Shown piece after piece: positions 1 through 16,025 of a DNA stretch of 64,000 bases. A program made the position numbers and the translations under genes. Position 1 is the first letter of the stretch; each line of letters begins with the position of its first letter. The notes beneath the pieces were generated by a model. The model ran no database searches, had not been told where the DNA came from, and saw only the letters and a list, made by a program, of their open reading frames with translations. The stretch covers positions 4,712,001 to 4,776,000 of the forward strand of contig OU015567.1 of NCBI GenBank assembly GCA_907165135.1. Direction: 5' to 3'. The DNA comes from Oikopleura dioica. Taxonomy: Eukaryota > Animalia > Chordata.

Positions 1-337
1 TATCCAAACCGGATAAAATAAGTGCAAACTTCCGAAAAAATTCTTGACAAGCATTTTTTCGGATTTCTATTGTTCTCACATGACAAGTGAAACAACCGCC
101 TTTTTGAATCAAGAATCTTGAAAATCTATGAATCGTAAAATCAAATTACAAAATATTTTCAAATAGGAAGCGCGAAAAAAATTGCTTCTTTTTGATTGAT
201 TCCTGATTTCTGCTGCGGACAGGCTTCTGGCAGGCGATAAAGAAGACCAAACAAATGTAAATTCGGCATTTCACGCTTGTAGAAATGGTTTTGTCAACGG
301 TTTATTTGTTAGTCAAGGTGAACATCCTGATTTGACC

Positions 338-1505
338 GAGTGGTCTCCGTTTGCCCAAGTCGCCGTTTGCCCAAGTCGCCGTCTGCCCAAGATCGCCGTT
401 TGCCCAACTTGGGCAGACGGAGACTTGGGCAAACGGCGATCTTGGGCAGACGGCGATCAAATTGAAAATATAATCATAATTCAATTTTAAGAAATTAATT
501 CAAGGTTTCAGAACTCTATGAGCGCAAAGGAGACTTTGGTTTCAGTTTATTATTGCTAAAATCGGGAAATTTCTAATATTGAATTATGAAATCAAAACCA
601 GCAGGATAGGATAGATTTTAAAAGGTAAAGTTTAATCGCTGATTTTACGTCCGAGGCCTATAGATTGAGGAAACGATGGATGCGCCGAGTCCTCACAAGC
701 GCTAATCCCCAACTTGGTTGAATTGATGGTTTCCCGTATTACTGTTTCTTGTGATTCATTTTCGGTTCGTTCTATTTTTGGAGTTATTTTTGATTGAAAC
801 TCAGGGAAAACAGTCATTGTGACTAGTAAGAAAAAGAGAAAAAGGGGAAAACTGATGAAACTCTTCCCAAAACCTCCTCCCAGCAAAGAGGGGTACTCAG
901 GCTTGATTTACAAACACATGCACGATCTTATGACAACCGAATTACGATCCAGTCTCAGTAAACCGGAGCCTTTTTCTTCTCGATTAACTCTTCCGGGAAT
1001 AGTTTACAAGGACTTTGATTGAGAATTTAGCGACTGTCATAATTAGACCATCCATTACGAAGGCTCTCCGTTATCAATGTAAACGATGTCATTTCGGAAA
1101 GCTTCCGTAGAGTCCACGACACTGTATTTTTCATTTCGTCTCTTATTTATGTGTTTGTGCTCAAGAATTTATTCGAAAATCGGATATAACTATTGTAAAA
1201 CAATATAAGAAAATTGTGGTGGTCTTGTCAAGAATCCACGTAACCGACGGTTACTAACCGTTCAAAAGACATAACAGGACAACCTTTTTTTTCACCTGAA
1301 AGTCTCTGCAAATCAGACCGCAATCAGCAGACTCAGTGATGATAATGAAATTGTCGCCTTACTTCTATCATTTTATGATCAATCAATTAAAAAAAAATTC
1401 ACATCGCCGTTTGCCTAAGATCTCCGTCTGCCCAAGTTGGGCAAACGGCGACTTGGGCAGACGGCGACTTGGGCAAACGGCGACTTGGGCAAACGGAGAC
1501 CACTC
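338..1505. mobile_element. Mutator/foldback-like non-autonomous DNA transposon
   Basis: Termini GAGTGGTCTCCGTTTGCCCAA / TTGGGCAAACGGAGACCACTC are inverted and built from ~15-bp tandem units (ttgggcaaacggcga). Perfect 9-bp TSD GATTTGACC at 329-337 and 1506-1514. Interior has stop-riddled coding-like remnants. Confidence 0.9.
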
Positions 1506-2078
1506 GATTTGACCTTGACAATCTGACAACATAAATAAATTAAGAGAAACTTCTTAATTTTTTATGAAAATAATAGCGAAAATTATCAATTTTTAATAAT
1601 TTCATTTTAAATTATTAATTAAATAAATTTATATAATTATTTTTTAAGAAATATTATTTATAGATAAAATTCAAATTATTTTATTACCAATAATTTGTTA
1701 AAATTAATATTTAAAAAAAAAACATTTAATTTTGGAATTTTTATCGAAATAACTACTTTTTGCGAGTATTTTATTGCTTTTATCAAGAAAAATGACTAAG
1801 AATTAAGACTGTTTTTACGTGAAATTTCAAATCAAAAATTTAAATTTTGTTTATAAAAACAAAGTCACTCTTTCACGAAGTTCGCTCAGCGTGTCGTAAT
1901 GAAGGGGCCAGTCTGAGTGGTGCGATGTTTGCGGTTATGACATCTGAGTTGTTGTGGACAGCGCGGTTGAATTAACCAGTGCTCGATAAAGCGACACTTG
2001 AGCTGCTTCCAGCAATCACTTCAATTTCGGGCCTAAAATTGGCCATTTTACGGAAGCAAGAGAAAATCAAAAGTTTGC

Positions 2079-5193
<3,115 letters not shown>

Positions 5194-5664
5194 AATTATT
5201 ATTTTAATAAATTAAATTAAGAAAATCACAAAATATCGAAAAAATTATTCTCATTCGAGAAGATTTTGTAGGAAATAAATCTCCTGATCATCTGTTTATT
5301 TTTCAAAGCAGAAAAAAAAATCACTGCTTATTCGAAAGTCATAGAAACCATATTTATTTTTCCTATAGAAATTTCCTTCAGAGATCAATAACGTTTATGC
5401 AACTAGTGAAAGCATTTTGTCAAAAAATAAAATTAAGAGAAATTTTTGAAAAATCAAATATTGCTTATGATGAACCTTCATAATTTCATGCGATCAGTAA
5501 CTTACCTTCTTATTCTGATTCTTTCGATTTATTTAGGTAAAACTATCACTGATCGAATCAAGAAATTTCATTTTCAGCTTTATGGTTGTTTACGAGTTTT
5601 TACGGTGGCAAAGAAATTTATTCATTTTCACGAGAAAGTTCTCAATAGAAGATGAACGAAAGTA

Positions 5665-6810
5665 TTAATTGAATGTCTGAACAAATAAATTGCGAACTTT
5701 CGTCTCTGCTCTATCTTCATTTTGGAGAAATGTGTAATCAAGGTGGAGCATTTGGCCGACAAAAGTTTGGGCATCGCTAAATTCTGAGAACATTTGAATG
5801 TTTGCGCGCTTGATTTCACCGTCGATTTTGATCCATTCTTGTCGAAATCCGGACGATTCTCTTAATAGAATGATAACTCATAGAATTGGCACGGGCGTAC
5901 TTATGCTCTAGCTCAACAGAATGCCATTTTCCAGGAAGACAAGTGAAGCTGTAGCTCAATTGTTCATTCGCGATCTCGATGTTCTTTCCCCCATCTGATA
6001 AACTACTTTCAATGCTGAGAATTTTCTCTCCGTTCATGATGTTATTCAAGGGAGCATAAAGGATCTTTCCGTCTTGAGCATTTACCTCGGGGCATTTAAT
6101 ATCGATAGAAATAACGAGATTTGGTTTTATAGAAAATGAGCTGCTCAAATCAGCAAATTCAAGAGAGATTTGCCTCTCGCAAGAATTGATCAAAGTTGAG
6201 CATCCTTCAAGAGCGTCGCAGGGATCATCGCATTTGCATTTCAGTCCGTGCATATTGCCGAGCTCTTGGACCATTTTCTTGAGTCTCAAAAAGGCGCAAA
6301 AAACGAGCCATTTGTCCCTAAAGATTTCCTTGTGCCTTTTTTCCTGGAAGCTTGATTTCTCATCTGCTTCATGTATTTTTTCTCGTAAGCAGCTTCGCAT
6401 CCAAAGAGTCGATTCCAGCTTCGAATTTTCATCGGAACACGAACCGCGAGATCGCAAACCTCGGAACTTCCAACGGGCGGGGCATACGACCAGTCGTATC
6501 CTTCAAGATACCGATCGTGATTTTTGTACTCGTCATTTTTAGGACAGGCACTCGTGTTGACGCCTGCAAGCCCAGTCAACAATTTATCAACGGTGTTTTC
6601 GATTCTCGCCTGATGCTCGAAATCGTCGTTGATTTCTTGAGTGGCAGTAACAAGACGCTCGCCAAGATAGTTAATCAATCCTCGTTTCCAGTTTGGCCTG
6701 AAATTAGGGAAAAATTTCGACAATTAAAGTGGATTTGTAAAATATGGTGAATCACTGAAAACTTACCCAGCATCCACTAGTCCTGCAAGAATACCAATTG
6801 ACGCTCTCAT
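5665..6810 (-). CDS. Uncharacterised secreted Cys-containing protein, possibly with a LamG/ConA-like C-terminal region
   Basis: First exon MRASIGILAGLVDA followed by a GTAAGT donor. ORFs 6286-6723 and 5816-6457 join via short introns; a 40-nt GT-AG intron gives ...GKWHSVELEHK|ESSGFRQEWIKIDG...FVQTFN*. The fold guess is weak. Confidence 0.65.
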
Positions 6811-7179
6811 GTCTCACAAAAAATCACAACTTATCGTCGAGTGAAAAGCCTGCACTCCGAAAAATAAACAGCTCAGCGTGAGATTTTCAAAATGTCGTTG
6901 AATTAATTCTGCATTATCAAAAATTGTCCAAATATGTTTATTCAGCATATGTTTTATGTGCATATGTAAATGTTTTAAAACATCTTTTTCGTAATTGACA
7001 GAGTAAACAACAATAATTTTGACGTTAAAAAGTATTTTATTTGAAATAAGAAGAGAAAATTCAGCTTTTCTGTGGTCCCAGTTTCCACCGAAAAATAATC
7101 AGCTTACGCTGCTACACAGATAAGCCGAACAAAAAATAAAAAAAATAAATGTATGCATAAGAAAATAGTTGACTGCTAG

Positions 7180-10100
7180 TCATGTGTCTTCCGAAATCGT
7201 CGTTATGCTTTCGTTCTTCTTGTAGCAATGTTGAAGACTTCTTTTGCCATCGATCTCATCAAGCAATAAGTTTATTGCCAAAGCACTAAAAATAATTCAT
7301 TTCGAGCATCTTATGCGAGTAGTAAAAAGTTAATCTTGCGTCCCGTTCAAAAAATTGAAAAAAAAATATTGAAAAAATAGGTAATACTTTATCGATTCTT
7401 TGTTTATCCATTCCTGAATGAGTTCCACAGCGCGGACAACAGTCCTGATCTTTAAAACAAACTTTTCCTTCAGGGCACTTTTTATGCTCGATTCTTAGGC
7501 ATTCAAAAAAGCAATCTTCATACGCCTGACATTTTTCCTTGAGGCAGTCCCAGCCAGGGCCAAGTCTTTGACAGTCAAATTCACAATCGCTTGGTCGGAC
7601 ACAGTTGCCTTCTTTTCCGACAGGACAACGGTATTGCCCCTTGATTGGTCCAACGTCCGTGCAGTCGATGTCGGGACACGAGGTGACGGAACCGAGTCCG
7701 AAACAATCAGTCAGATCGATGCAGGGAGGGTTCAAGCAGTCCATGTCGCATGGACATTCGAAGCTATTCTCGCAAGTGTAATCTCCGTCGGCAGCTGAAA
7801 CGCATTCCAAACTCGGGTGATCGCAGTTATGAAGACCAGTCGAGCAGGGATCGATGATTTCACAAGAAACTCCATCAGCGGAAAGAAATTGGGTGGAACC
7901 TTCGTCGGGGCATTCGCAAACTGCGGTATCGAAGAGATTCTTACAAACAGCTGGGAAAACACATGGATCCTCGACATCGCAAGGAAGAGTTGCGTTGACA
8001 CATTTGTCGATGCCGAATTCATTGATTAGAGTGCTTCCGTCGTCGGGACAGGTACATTCGTACTGAGCCGTTTCAGTGTTGTTGCAGAATGAATTCGAGC
8101 AAATTGTCGTTATTTCTTCTGTTTTGAAGCAAAAAGTAGCGTCCATTCCAGCCGGAACAGAGCCGATAGCGCTCCACTGCCCTGTGGTTGCGTCCATGAT
8201 GAACTGGTTACCGTTGTCTTTCATTTTATTAAACGCCTGTTGATATGTCAGGCCGTCGAAGTTGATGTAGCCGTTTGTATCACCAGTGTCGTCGACGATC
8301 GGTAGAGCGGTTTCAGAAGGAACGAGCGCCCCTGAAGTCTTTGAGAAAAGCGTGTAGATCAGGCCGATCATGAGTCGCAATCCGGGGGTTGAAGCTTGCT
8401 GTTCATTTAGCCTCTCTAGCCAGAAATCGTTTGCATTGGCATTGTAGGGGTAGACAAGGCTCATGCCAAATTCAGAACACGCGTTTTTCACCTCGTCAAA
8501 ATCGTTGAAATCTCCGCTGGTCTTTTTGACAACAACAAAGTTGTAATGTCTGTCAGGATGGTCATTCGTCGCTGGATTGAAAAATGCCGGCAAGATCGCT
8601 TCGTTCCAGTATTCGCCTGTGTAAACTGTCTCGTCAAAGGCGTTCTGACCGGTGTATCGGTAGCAAACTGGGTGGGCCGTGCTTTCTGGGTCCACGAATG
8701 TCCCGCTTGTTATCGAGGGGTTAAGCTTCCCGGTTGTTTCGCACTCGAACCAACTGAATGAGAGCTTCGACAGTTTGAGATGTTTCGAGTGGAATTCTAG
8801 AGTCAGCTTCGAAGTCACAATCGGCCCAGAGGTCGATTTGAAAATGAAGCTTCCTGGAGAATCGGGATTCTGGAAAGCTTGGATTTTCTCGTCGCCGATT
8901 AGTAGATACATTTGATCATATTGGAAGACGGGGGTTTGCTCTGGAATCACGTTCCATTTTGCATCAGAAATGTTGACTCGTGGAAGACTTAGTGTATCAC
9001 TGTGAACTGTCAATTCAAGAGATTCGAAGAGAATTTTTCGCAGTTTGTTCGCGTTGTTGAATTTCGTTGAATGAATTTCTATCTTCTGCGGAGACTCGGT
9101 GATTCCACAGGCTTGGTCAAACTGGAAAAACGTGTGGGGGTTATTGTCGAAAAGCTCCGGCAAATCGGAAACATCGCGATCCCCGAAAACTTTTATCTTG
9201 AAATCGTGATGAGCGCCGTTCGTGTTGCTTGACTCGAAGATCACGAAATCTGATTCCAGCTCGCTTGCTTGGATTATCTTCTCAAGGATTTTTATATTTC
9301 TAAGACATTTCTTAAAATACTTTCTTAAAGAAAAAATTCCAGAAAAATATCTAGAAAAAAAATTAAAAAAATTTAAAATCCTTTCACGAATCTTCTTGCA
9401 TATCCTGTCCATCAAAGAGATACCGTTTCATTCCTTCGATGGTCGTTGTATTGCAGGGATCCTCAATCGGAGGCTCTTTGTGAATGACTTCGATCTTGAC
9501 GCAGTTTCGATTACTCGGCCGCTTGAAAACATCGTAGCAGAGGCCACACACCGTGTGCAACCCGATCTGTTCCACAGTTGGAGTCCAGAAGCACGTGGCT
9601 GTTCCGTCTTCCCGCAGCTCCGAGCAGGTCATTCCATCTGGCAGCGAGAATTGAGCCCGAGTGACTGTCGTGTAGTAAACTCCGTTAAAAAGAAATCGCG
9701 CTGCCCAAACTTGATAGTGAAGAACTGTCGCTTCGTAAATCAGCAAAGACTAATTTGGCGGAGTTGGATCTACCCAAACTGGAAGACCATCGCAATGATC
9801 AGTATTTCTCGTTAAAAAGCTGAGATTTGGTCTCTCAGTCCATGCCCGTTGTTGTCCATCTTGATGAGTATCATCGTCCTCAGCATCTCTTTTTCTTCGA
9901 TTAATTACGGTGTAAGGATTATCCAAGATTGATTCATCCATGCCTGGAGTGAAGACCTTTGCAAGAAAAACCGACGTAACCGAAGATTTAATATCGCCAT
10001 TAGCATCGAAGTCTTCAACTTGAACACCGATGGGCTTGTTGCCCCCGTTGCTGTCATATTCTGGGTGATAGGTGACGGCGCAGGCAGTTGCATCGAGAGA

Positions 10101-11532
10101 AAGTTGGTTCAGTGGCCAGTTTGTTTCGCCATCTACGTCGAATCCTTCCTTATCGTGGGCTAAAAATGAAGCTTCGTACATCGTTGACCATCTGCAGACT
10201 ATTTCGTCGCCATCAGGATCCTGCGGTGTGAGATAGTAAGTTTGCCCTTGACAGCCGCTCATGATCCACCAAATAGCGGGACTCTCGAATTGGGGCGAAT
10301 TATTGTCGTACTGGTAGACGTGCGCCGTGTACTGGTAATAACTCTGCGCGCTGTTGCCATTATCATGGGTGAGGGTCACTGTGTCTCCTTCACTTCTGTA
10401 GCCATTTGTCATTGTAAACGACTGGCCATTAAGGGATCCCCTCCCGATTTGAAAAATATCATCGAGAGCTTTTATGTGATATATTTTTGGAATCTCCGTT
10501 TTCTGGCGATCATTTTCATATATTATGTCAAAGGGAGTCCGTCACGTGGTAAGCCGTGACACAGCTTTGAAAATGGCTTATTTTAACGAAAAATTTTACT
10601 TAGAAAAAATTCGCAATTTTTTCGACGTTTCAAAGTCGACATAATCTGATGAATAAGGGCTCTTTAGAAAGCTTAGAGAAAACTGAATTAGAAAAAAATA
10701 GATCTAAGAAAAAATCTAACCACTAAAAGGCGCTAGAGAGCAAAGAAAGTCAAAAAATGGCAAAAATCAGTTAAAAAACATCTTGTTAAGAAAAATTCTA
10801 CAATCCTTGACGGAATCACACGCCTGTACTAGAGATTGTAGATTAGGGATCAAGGAAGACAGTTGTTATTGATTTAGGGCTCTATCTAACAGCAGAAAAA
10901 ACTAGTTCGATCTTGAAAATAGCCCAAAATGGGGTTTTTCGCGAGTATCAATGTTTTCAGCCCGCCTTTTCAAGATGTTTCCCCTTATGAAACTTAATTT
11001 CTGTACTAGAGTTTGTTCATTAAGAAACGGGCTTCAAAATGAGCCCTTATACTTGTAAAAAGCTCAGCCCTAAAAAAAGTAGTTCGAAGTCAAAGTTGAC
11101 GAAATCGGGGGGGGATCCCTTAAGTACTGCTGGAAGTTCCTCATCGATGGTCTTTCCAAAGCAAAAATGGTCATTATTAGGGTGAAGGGAGCTACTCTGC
11201 TCGATCTGCAGTAATTTATAAGTGACTTTCTTGTGACTCGTACCACTGATCTCGTTGCTTGGAGGATTTGTAGTTTCGCCAATCGGCAAGTAGTAGTTTC
11301 TATGCTGTCCGGTCGGCCAGGCCCCGATCTGGCCAGACATCTTGTTCATGTCATTTTCGTCGCATCCAGAATCGCCGAAGCCAGCAAATGTTCGCCGCCA
11401 GCCCATCGTTCTACTGACAGTAACGACGCCGTTCTCATCTTTTTTAAACTGCAAACTTCCTGCTCTGAAATGCGTTGCGTTGACCACTGCTAGGAGCAGT
11501 GGAAAAAGTGAAAATTTTATTTGTAATTTCAT
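7180..11532 (-). CDS. Large secreted multidomain protein: Sib/integrin-beta-like N-terminal region, furin site, C-type-lectin-like segment, EGF-like and Cys-rich repeats; interrupted by a MITE
   Basis: Signal peptide then THFRAG; NNSPQF..DPDGDEIVCRWS motif; RRKR site; EGF-like CTCP/CECP repeats in ORF 7286-9415. The reading frame is continuous across the 10433-11119 insertion once it is removed. Confidence 0.8.
10433..11119. mobile_element. 687-bp MITE with TTAA target duplication (Kolobok/Sola-type termini)
   Basis: TTAA|GGGATCCCCTCCCGATTT ... AAATCGGGGGGGGATCCC|TTAA; TSDs at 10429-10432 and 11120-11123; non-coding AT-rich interior. Confidence 0.9.
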
Positions 11533-12049
11533 CAATCTCGTTAATTCATTTTGTGAAGAATTCAAATTTCAATTTTCGAAGGGAATGGTTATCAAGGACC
11601 AACATCTCCGGTCTCACGGAGCGATGATATCGATGAATGACGACATTGTTTCGTTAATTTTATCTTTATAATAAAGAAATTTCTCTTTTCGAAATTTTTT
11701 TCGTGCAAATGGAGAATACAGTTAGACAGGCGTTTTGAATACATACAAGGAACAATAAGCTAAAGCATAATAGACAATTTTCATGAAGCAAATTTAACAA
11801 ACGAGCATCTCTGCTTGTAAGGGGTTATCGTTAGGGCCATGACGTTAGGGTTACTTTAAGAATGTTCATACGAAAATTTTTCTACGATTTTCGTCTTCCA
11901 TTTTCGTATCATAAGATACGGTATGTATGATCTTATATATCACATGATCGATATATATATGATGATATCATTGATATGATTCTTATCCCTAAGCCTAACA
12001 AGGAGGCATCCTAAAATCAAGAATAGACATCCTTTTTTTTTTGAGGCTA

Positions 12050-12178
12050 CCCGGACTATGTCGCGAAAGTCGCGAATGTCGCAATTTTGAAAACAAAAAC
12101 AATTTTGCTGCGACATTCGCTACATTCGCGACATTCGCGACATTTCCGACATTCGCGACATTCGCGACATAGTCCGGG
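12050..12178. repeat. Short foldback/MITE-like palindrome built of 9-bp GCGACATTC units
   Basis: CCCGGACTATGTCGCGAA... and ...TTCGCGACATAGTCCGGG are inverted; no clear TSD. Confidence 0.7.
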
Positions 12179-12925
12179 AGTCCCTTTTTTGGACACAAAA
12201 TTCCAGAACTCATTCGTCCTCTGACTCAGGATGATTTCGGAGATTTTTGACAAGCTATCTCTCGTGAAAACGAATTCCCGGAGATATCTAACGTCGATTG
12301 CCGAAATGAATTTATCTCCGAATGATAATGAGAATTTGAATTTTCTCGAAAGATTACATCTAAACCGCCGTTTATTCTGACTCAGAAGGAGCTTGCTTAT
12401 AATAATTACCATTACTCAAGATTTCATGAACACTAGAATTCGACCCTTCATTAATTTACTGAAGAATCTCATGTTTAAGAAATGTTGGTGAACGATGATA
12501 ATCGGATTATTTTTTTGTTTTTAGCAATAAGTATAACGAACGATAATTAGCAACGTTGCTCTATTGATGCAAGTAACAATATTTGCAACTAATTTGCTCT
12601 CAATTAGTCGTCAAACCAAGGACCGTTAGAGTATTGTGTTGCTTAGATGTCAATAATGAAAGCAATAAAAAGAATCTTGAGGGCGCTAGAGAGCATTATT
12701 TTCTTCTTTCTGCAGATTTTTCTTCTTTTCATCGCAAAAAATGCAAAAAAAAAAGAAAGCAATCGTTTTTAGGAAAAAATATGTTTATTTGTAGCACATT
12801 AAACATTTTGCAAGGTACAGTATGAAAGCTTAGAAAATTTCTTTCATCGTTAGAAAAGAGTATTGTACAGGTATTCATAATCATTCTTCATCAGATCAGT
12901 TTTGACTCAGATCAATTCTAAGTCT

Positions 12926-14155
12926 TTAAACGAGGCAGCCCATTCCGTGGAACTTTTGGTTGGTGAAGGCTACGTACTGGTTGTAGAGCATTTTCTTGGT
13001 CTTTGCTGGAATCTTTGATCTTCTAGCTCTGGCTTCTTGTGGCGTTTCTCCGGCGACTGGGTAGTAGATGGTGGGGAAGAGATCGTCTTGGCAGACGTAG
13101 GCGAAGTGAAAGCTGCGAATCGACTCGATGAAATTGCCGAGAGCGTAGCAAGGATCGCTGTAGTCCGTCGTTGGTGCTTTGAAATCGGTTGGGCTTCCAA
13201 CGTCAGCTTGCATCTCGCACGTAGGCTGGAGTTCGCCATATTCATCAGTGTAAAATGGCTTGCTGTTGTCGCGCATCCAGACGAATCTGCTGAAGATTCT
13301 CTGGATGAAGATCGCCTAAAAATTATGATTACTCATCTCGCGCAGCATGCCCCGAGGCGCAAGCCTGGTAAGCTCAGTCGGTAGAGCGTTGGACTCTTAA
13401 TCCAACGGTCGCGGGTTCGAGCCCCGCATTAGGCTTACTTTTTGGCCTGAAGATGTTCTTTGAAGTGATCGTGTCCATCAAAGACTTCGCTCTTCAAATC
13501 TTCGAAAGCGTTGTTGATCTTGTTCCAGGCGAGAAGATTCTCAGGCAGGGGAACAGTCGTGAACGTTGCTGTGAAGCCCCTGTGGACGACGCTGTTTTCG
13601 TTGGTTTTGAAGACGAGGGTGAGATCCTGACGAGTTCCAGTGACGTCCGCAACGGGTTGATTTCCACAATAGCGGGCGAGCTCGGCGTTGCCGTCTGGAC
13701 CGTTGAAGACCATCGCAGCGTCGTTATCGCACAAACCAGCGATGCCTTAAGATTTTGGTTGAAAAATAGTCGCGAAGAGATAGACCGAACCTTTTTCTTC
13801 CACATCGAAATCGCTGAATGCAACACTGACAACATCCAGCTCGGAAGGTGTCGTCACGTAAACTCGATAGTACATATTCGGCTTGTATCGTTGGTAGCCA
13901 CTGCCGTCGTCGAAGGTCGGGACGGACCAGGTGAAGGTTCCATCGGCGGTGGTACTCAGGTCTACGGTGATTTCTTCCGTGTAGTCTGGGACCCAGATTC
14001 GCTCGTCCTCCAAAGCATTATCGGATTCTTGAGCGACTCGGGCTGTTGCCAAAGCTGCTAGTGACCAGGAAAGCTTAAAAAATATTGTTTTTTTCTCATC
14101 ATTTACGCTCATGAAGAATATCTCTCATATTTAATTCAGGTCTTTTTACCTTCAT
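12926..14155 (-). CDS. Secreted single-CUB-domain protein with uncharacterised C-terminal region
   Basis: MK|LSWSLAALATA signal peptide; CUB motifs FSDFDVE, CDNDAAMVFNG, LARYCG, LTLVFKTN..HRGFTATF. The last splice junction is ambiguous. Confidence 0.8.
13363..13435 (+). tRNA. tRNA-Lys (anticodon CTT)
   Basis: Cloverleaf: acceptor GCCTGGT/ATTAGGC, D-arm GCTC/GAGC, anticodon stem TTGGA/TCCAA with loop CTCTTAA, T-arm GCGGG-TTCGAGC-CCCGC; followed by a TTTTT terminator. Confidence 0.93.
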
Positions 14156-14919
14156 TTTTTGATAAAATTTTTATCTAATTTTATCTCTGAAGAAGAAAGT
14201 AGAATGATAATTGCCGTCTCGATGAACGTGTTTTATAGCCAATGCGTGTTTGTTATTGCAACCTTGAGAACGCTGGAATCTCGTTAGAGAAACGGTTCAA
14301 CTTCAAGCGTTTGTCGTTGTCTAAAATATCCGCTAGAGAAATTCGAGTGAACACGTTGATTAGACGATTAACATTGAAAAGATAATATCTTACTTATAAT
14401 TAGTTTCGATCGAGGTTATCATAAAGATGTCGATAATTTCTAAATATAATCTTTCCGAGTCGAAAATTTCGACCGTGGAGGGCGAGAATCAAGTTATTTC
14501 ATTGCAATTTCGATTTTACAGTAAATATTTTTCATTTTTTCATGTTGATGGTCACGTCAAATATCTCTGATACGGATTCGAAATCGACATATCTAGACCT
14601 CAGAAAAATAATATTTTTTTTCAAAAAGCGAATCACTCTTTATCAGCAACTTCTTTGACAAGGAGTGTCTAGTTTTTTTTTGCAGACTTTCGAATATTTC
14701 AGAATCGAACTCTTCTGTCGTGCCTTTTACAAACATCTGACAAAATCAATGTGATATAGAAACTAGGGCGACGTTCTTTAGAAGACACTCTCGCCGAGGA
14801 AGCAGTTTTGAAAAAATGGGGAATAAGAGAAGAAGAGCGATAAAATTACTTTCATCAATTTGTAAGCAATAAATACACTTTTTTTTAATAAAACGATTTC
14901 AGTTATTCTCTTATCCGTC

Positions 14920-15885
14920 ATGACGGTACTGATGAGTCCTTACTACTTCCAGACGCGAAGTTTAGATTCTTCAACTTCGACAACTGTCTCGACTTCTTCT
15001 TCAACTACAACTTCAAGCAAAAGTACAACTACGATTTTAACATCATCTTCATCGCATATTACATCTTCCGTTTCTACATCAACATCCATTTTATCTTCGT
15101 CATCAACTATGCCATCAAATCCAATTTCAACTACAATTTCAAAAACGACTTCAACAACAACATCAACAAATAAAACCACGTCAACCACAATAGAAATAAA
15201 ATCATCCACAGCTTCAACAACAACAACAAGAACAACAAAAACTATAACCCAAACGACAACCCCAACTACAGCTGCAACAAGTACAACAACCATTGTTACA
15301 ACTTCAACTACAACTTCAACAACGAAAACGCCCAGGAGTACAACTGCTACAACTTCAACGACAAGAACTCCTCCACCTCTTCCAGAGTAAGCTTCTCTTT
15401 ATAATCTCAATGCCAATTTAGACTTAGATTCACGTGCAATTCAAATAGTGTAGTAATGGGCTGGAAGGAATGCTTTGAGCACTGCATTAATCATCACGAC
15501 AAACCAATACAGATTGGTAATTTTCTCTTGACCAAATTTTCAATCATTGTCTATAAAAGCAAATTTGGACCAAGCAAATTCTCTCAAGAAGTTTACACAA
15601 GAAAAATGTCCCGATGAAAAATTTTGGATGGGATACGGCTCGAGAAACAATGAGCATTACTGGATAAACGACAACCTTGAATATGAAAAAGATGTTCCTC
15701 AAAGTCATATTGATGCATTTAAAGAGGTTGGATGCAATTATTTTGAAAATTTTGATGAAAAAGGGCGTGCAAACGCTACTGCAGAGTGGAAATACAAACG
15801 AGAAGGGATTAAAAAATGGGAAATTCATTGTAAAATTCACAGACGTAAGGAGAATGATGAGAAAGATATCGTTAAAATATTTTAA
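14920..15885 (+). CDS. Ser/Thr-rich mucin-like protein with C-terminal C-type-lectin-like domain (5' end unresolved)
   Basis: ~150-aa Thr/Ser tract spliced to WKECFEHC...ANLDQANSLKKFTQEKCPDEKFWMGY...W...HC. Confidence 0.7.
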
Positions 15886-16025
15886 GTTGATGATGATCCT
15901 CCTCATAAACACAATTGTCTTTGCCTTTCACAGATACCAAATCTTTCTTCAAATTAATAATTTTCGAAGGATCAAATTCAATAAATTTTATTTAATAATA
16001 AATTTGTTCATGTCAGTAGGTTAAA

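Noticed and set aside
302-484. ORF with repeated WANGDLG motif
   Set aside because: Translation of the transposon TIR repeats.
1860-2040. GC-richer island in AT-rich intergenic DNA
   Set aside because: No convincing ORF, snRNA/SL-RNA motif or TE ends found by eye.
11995-12412. ORFs with ANVANV / CRECRE repeats
   Set aside because: Translations of the 9-bp foldback repeat.
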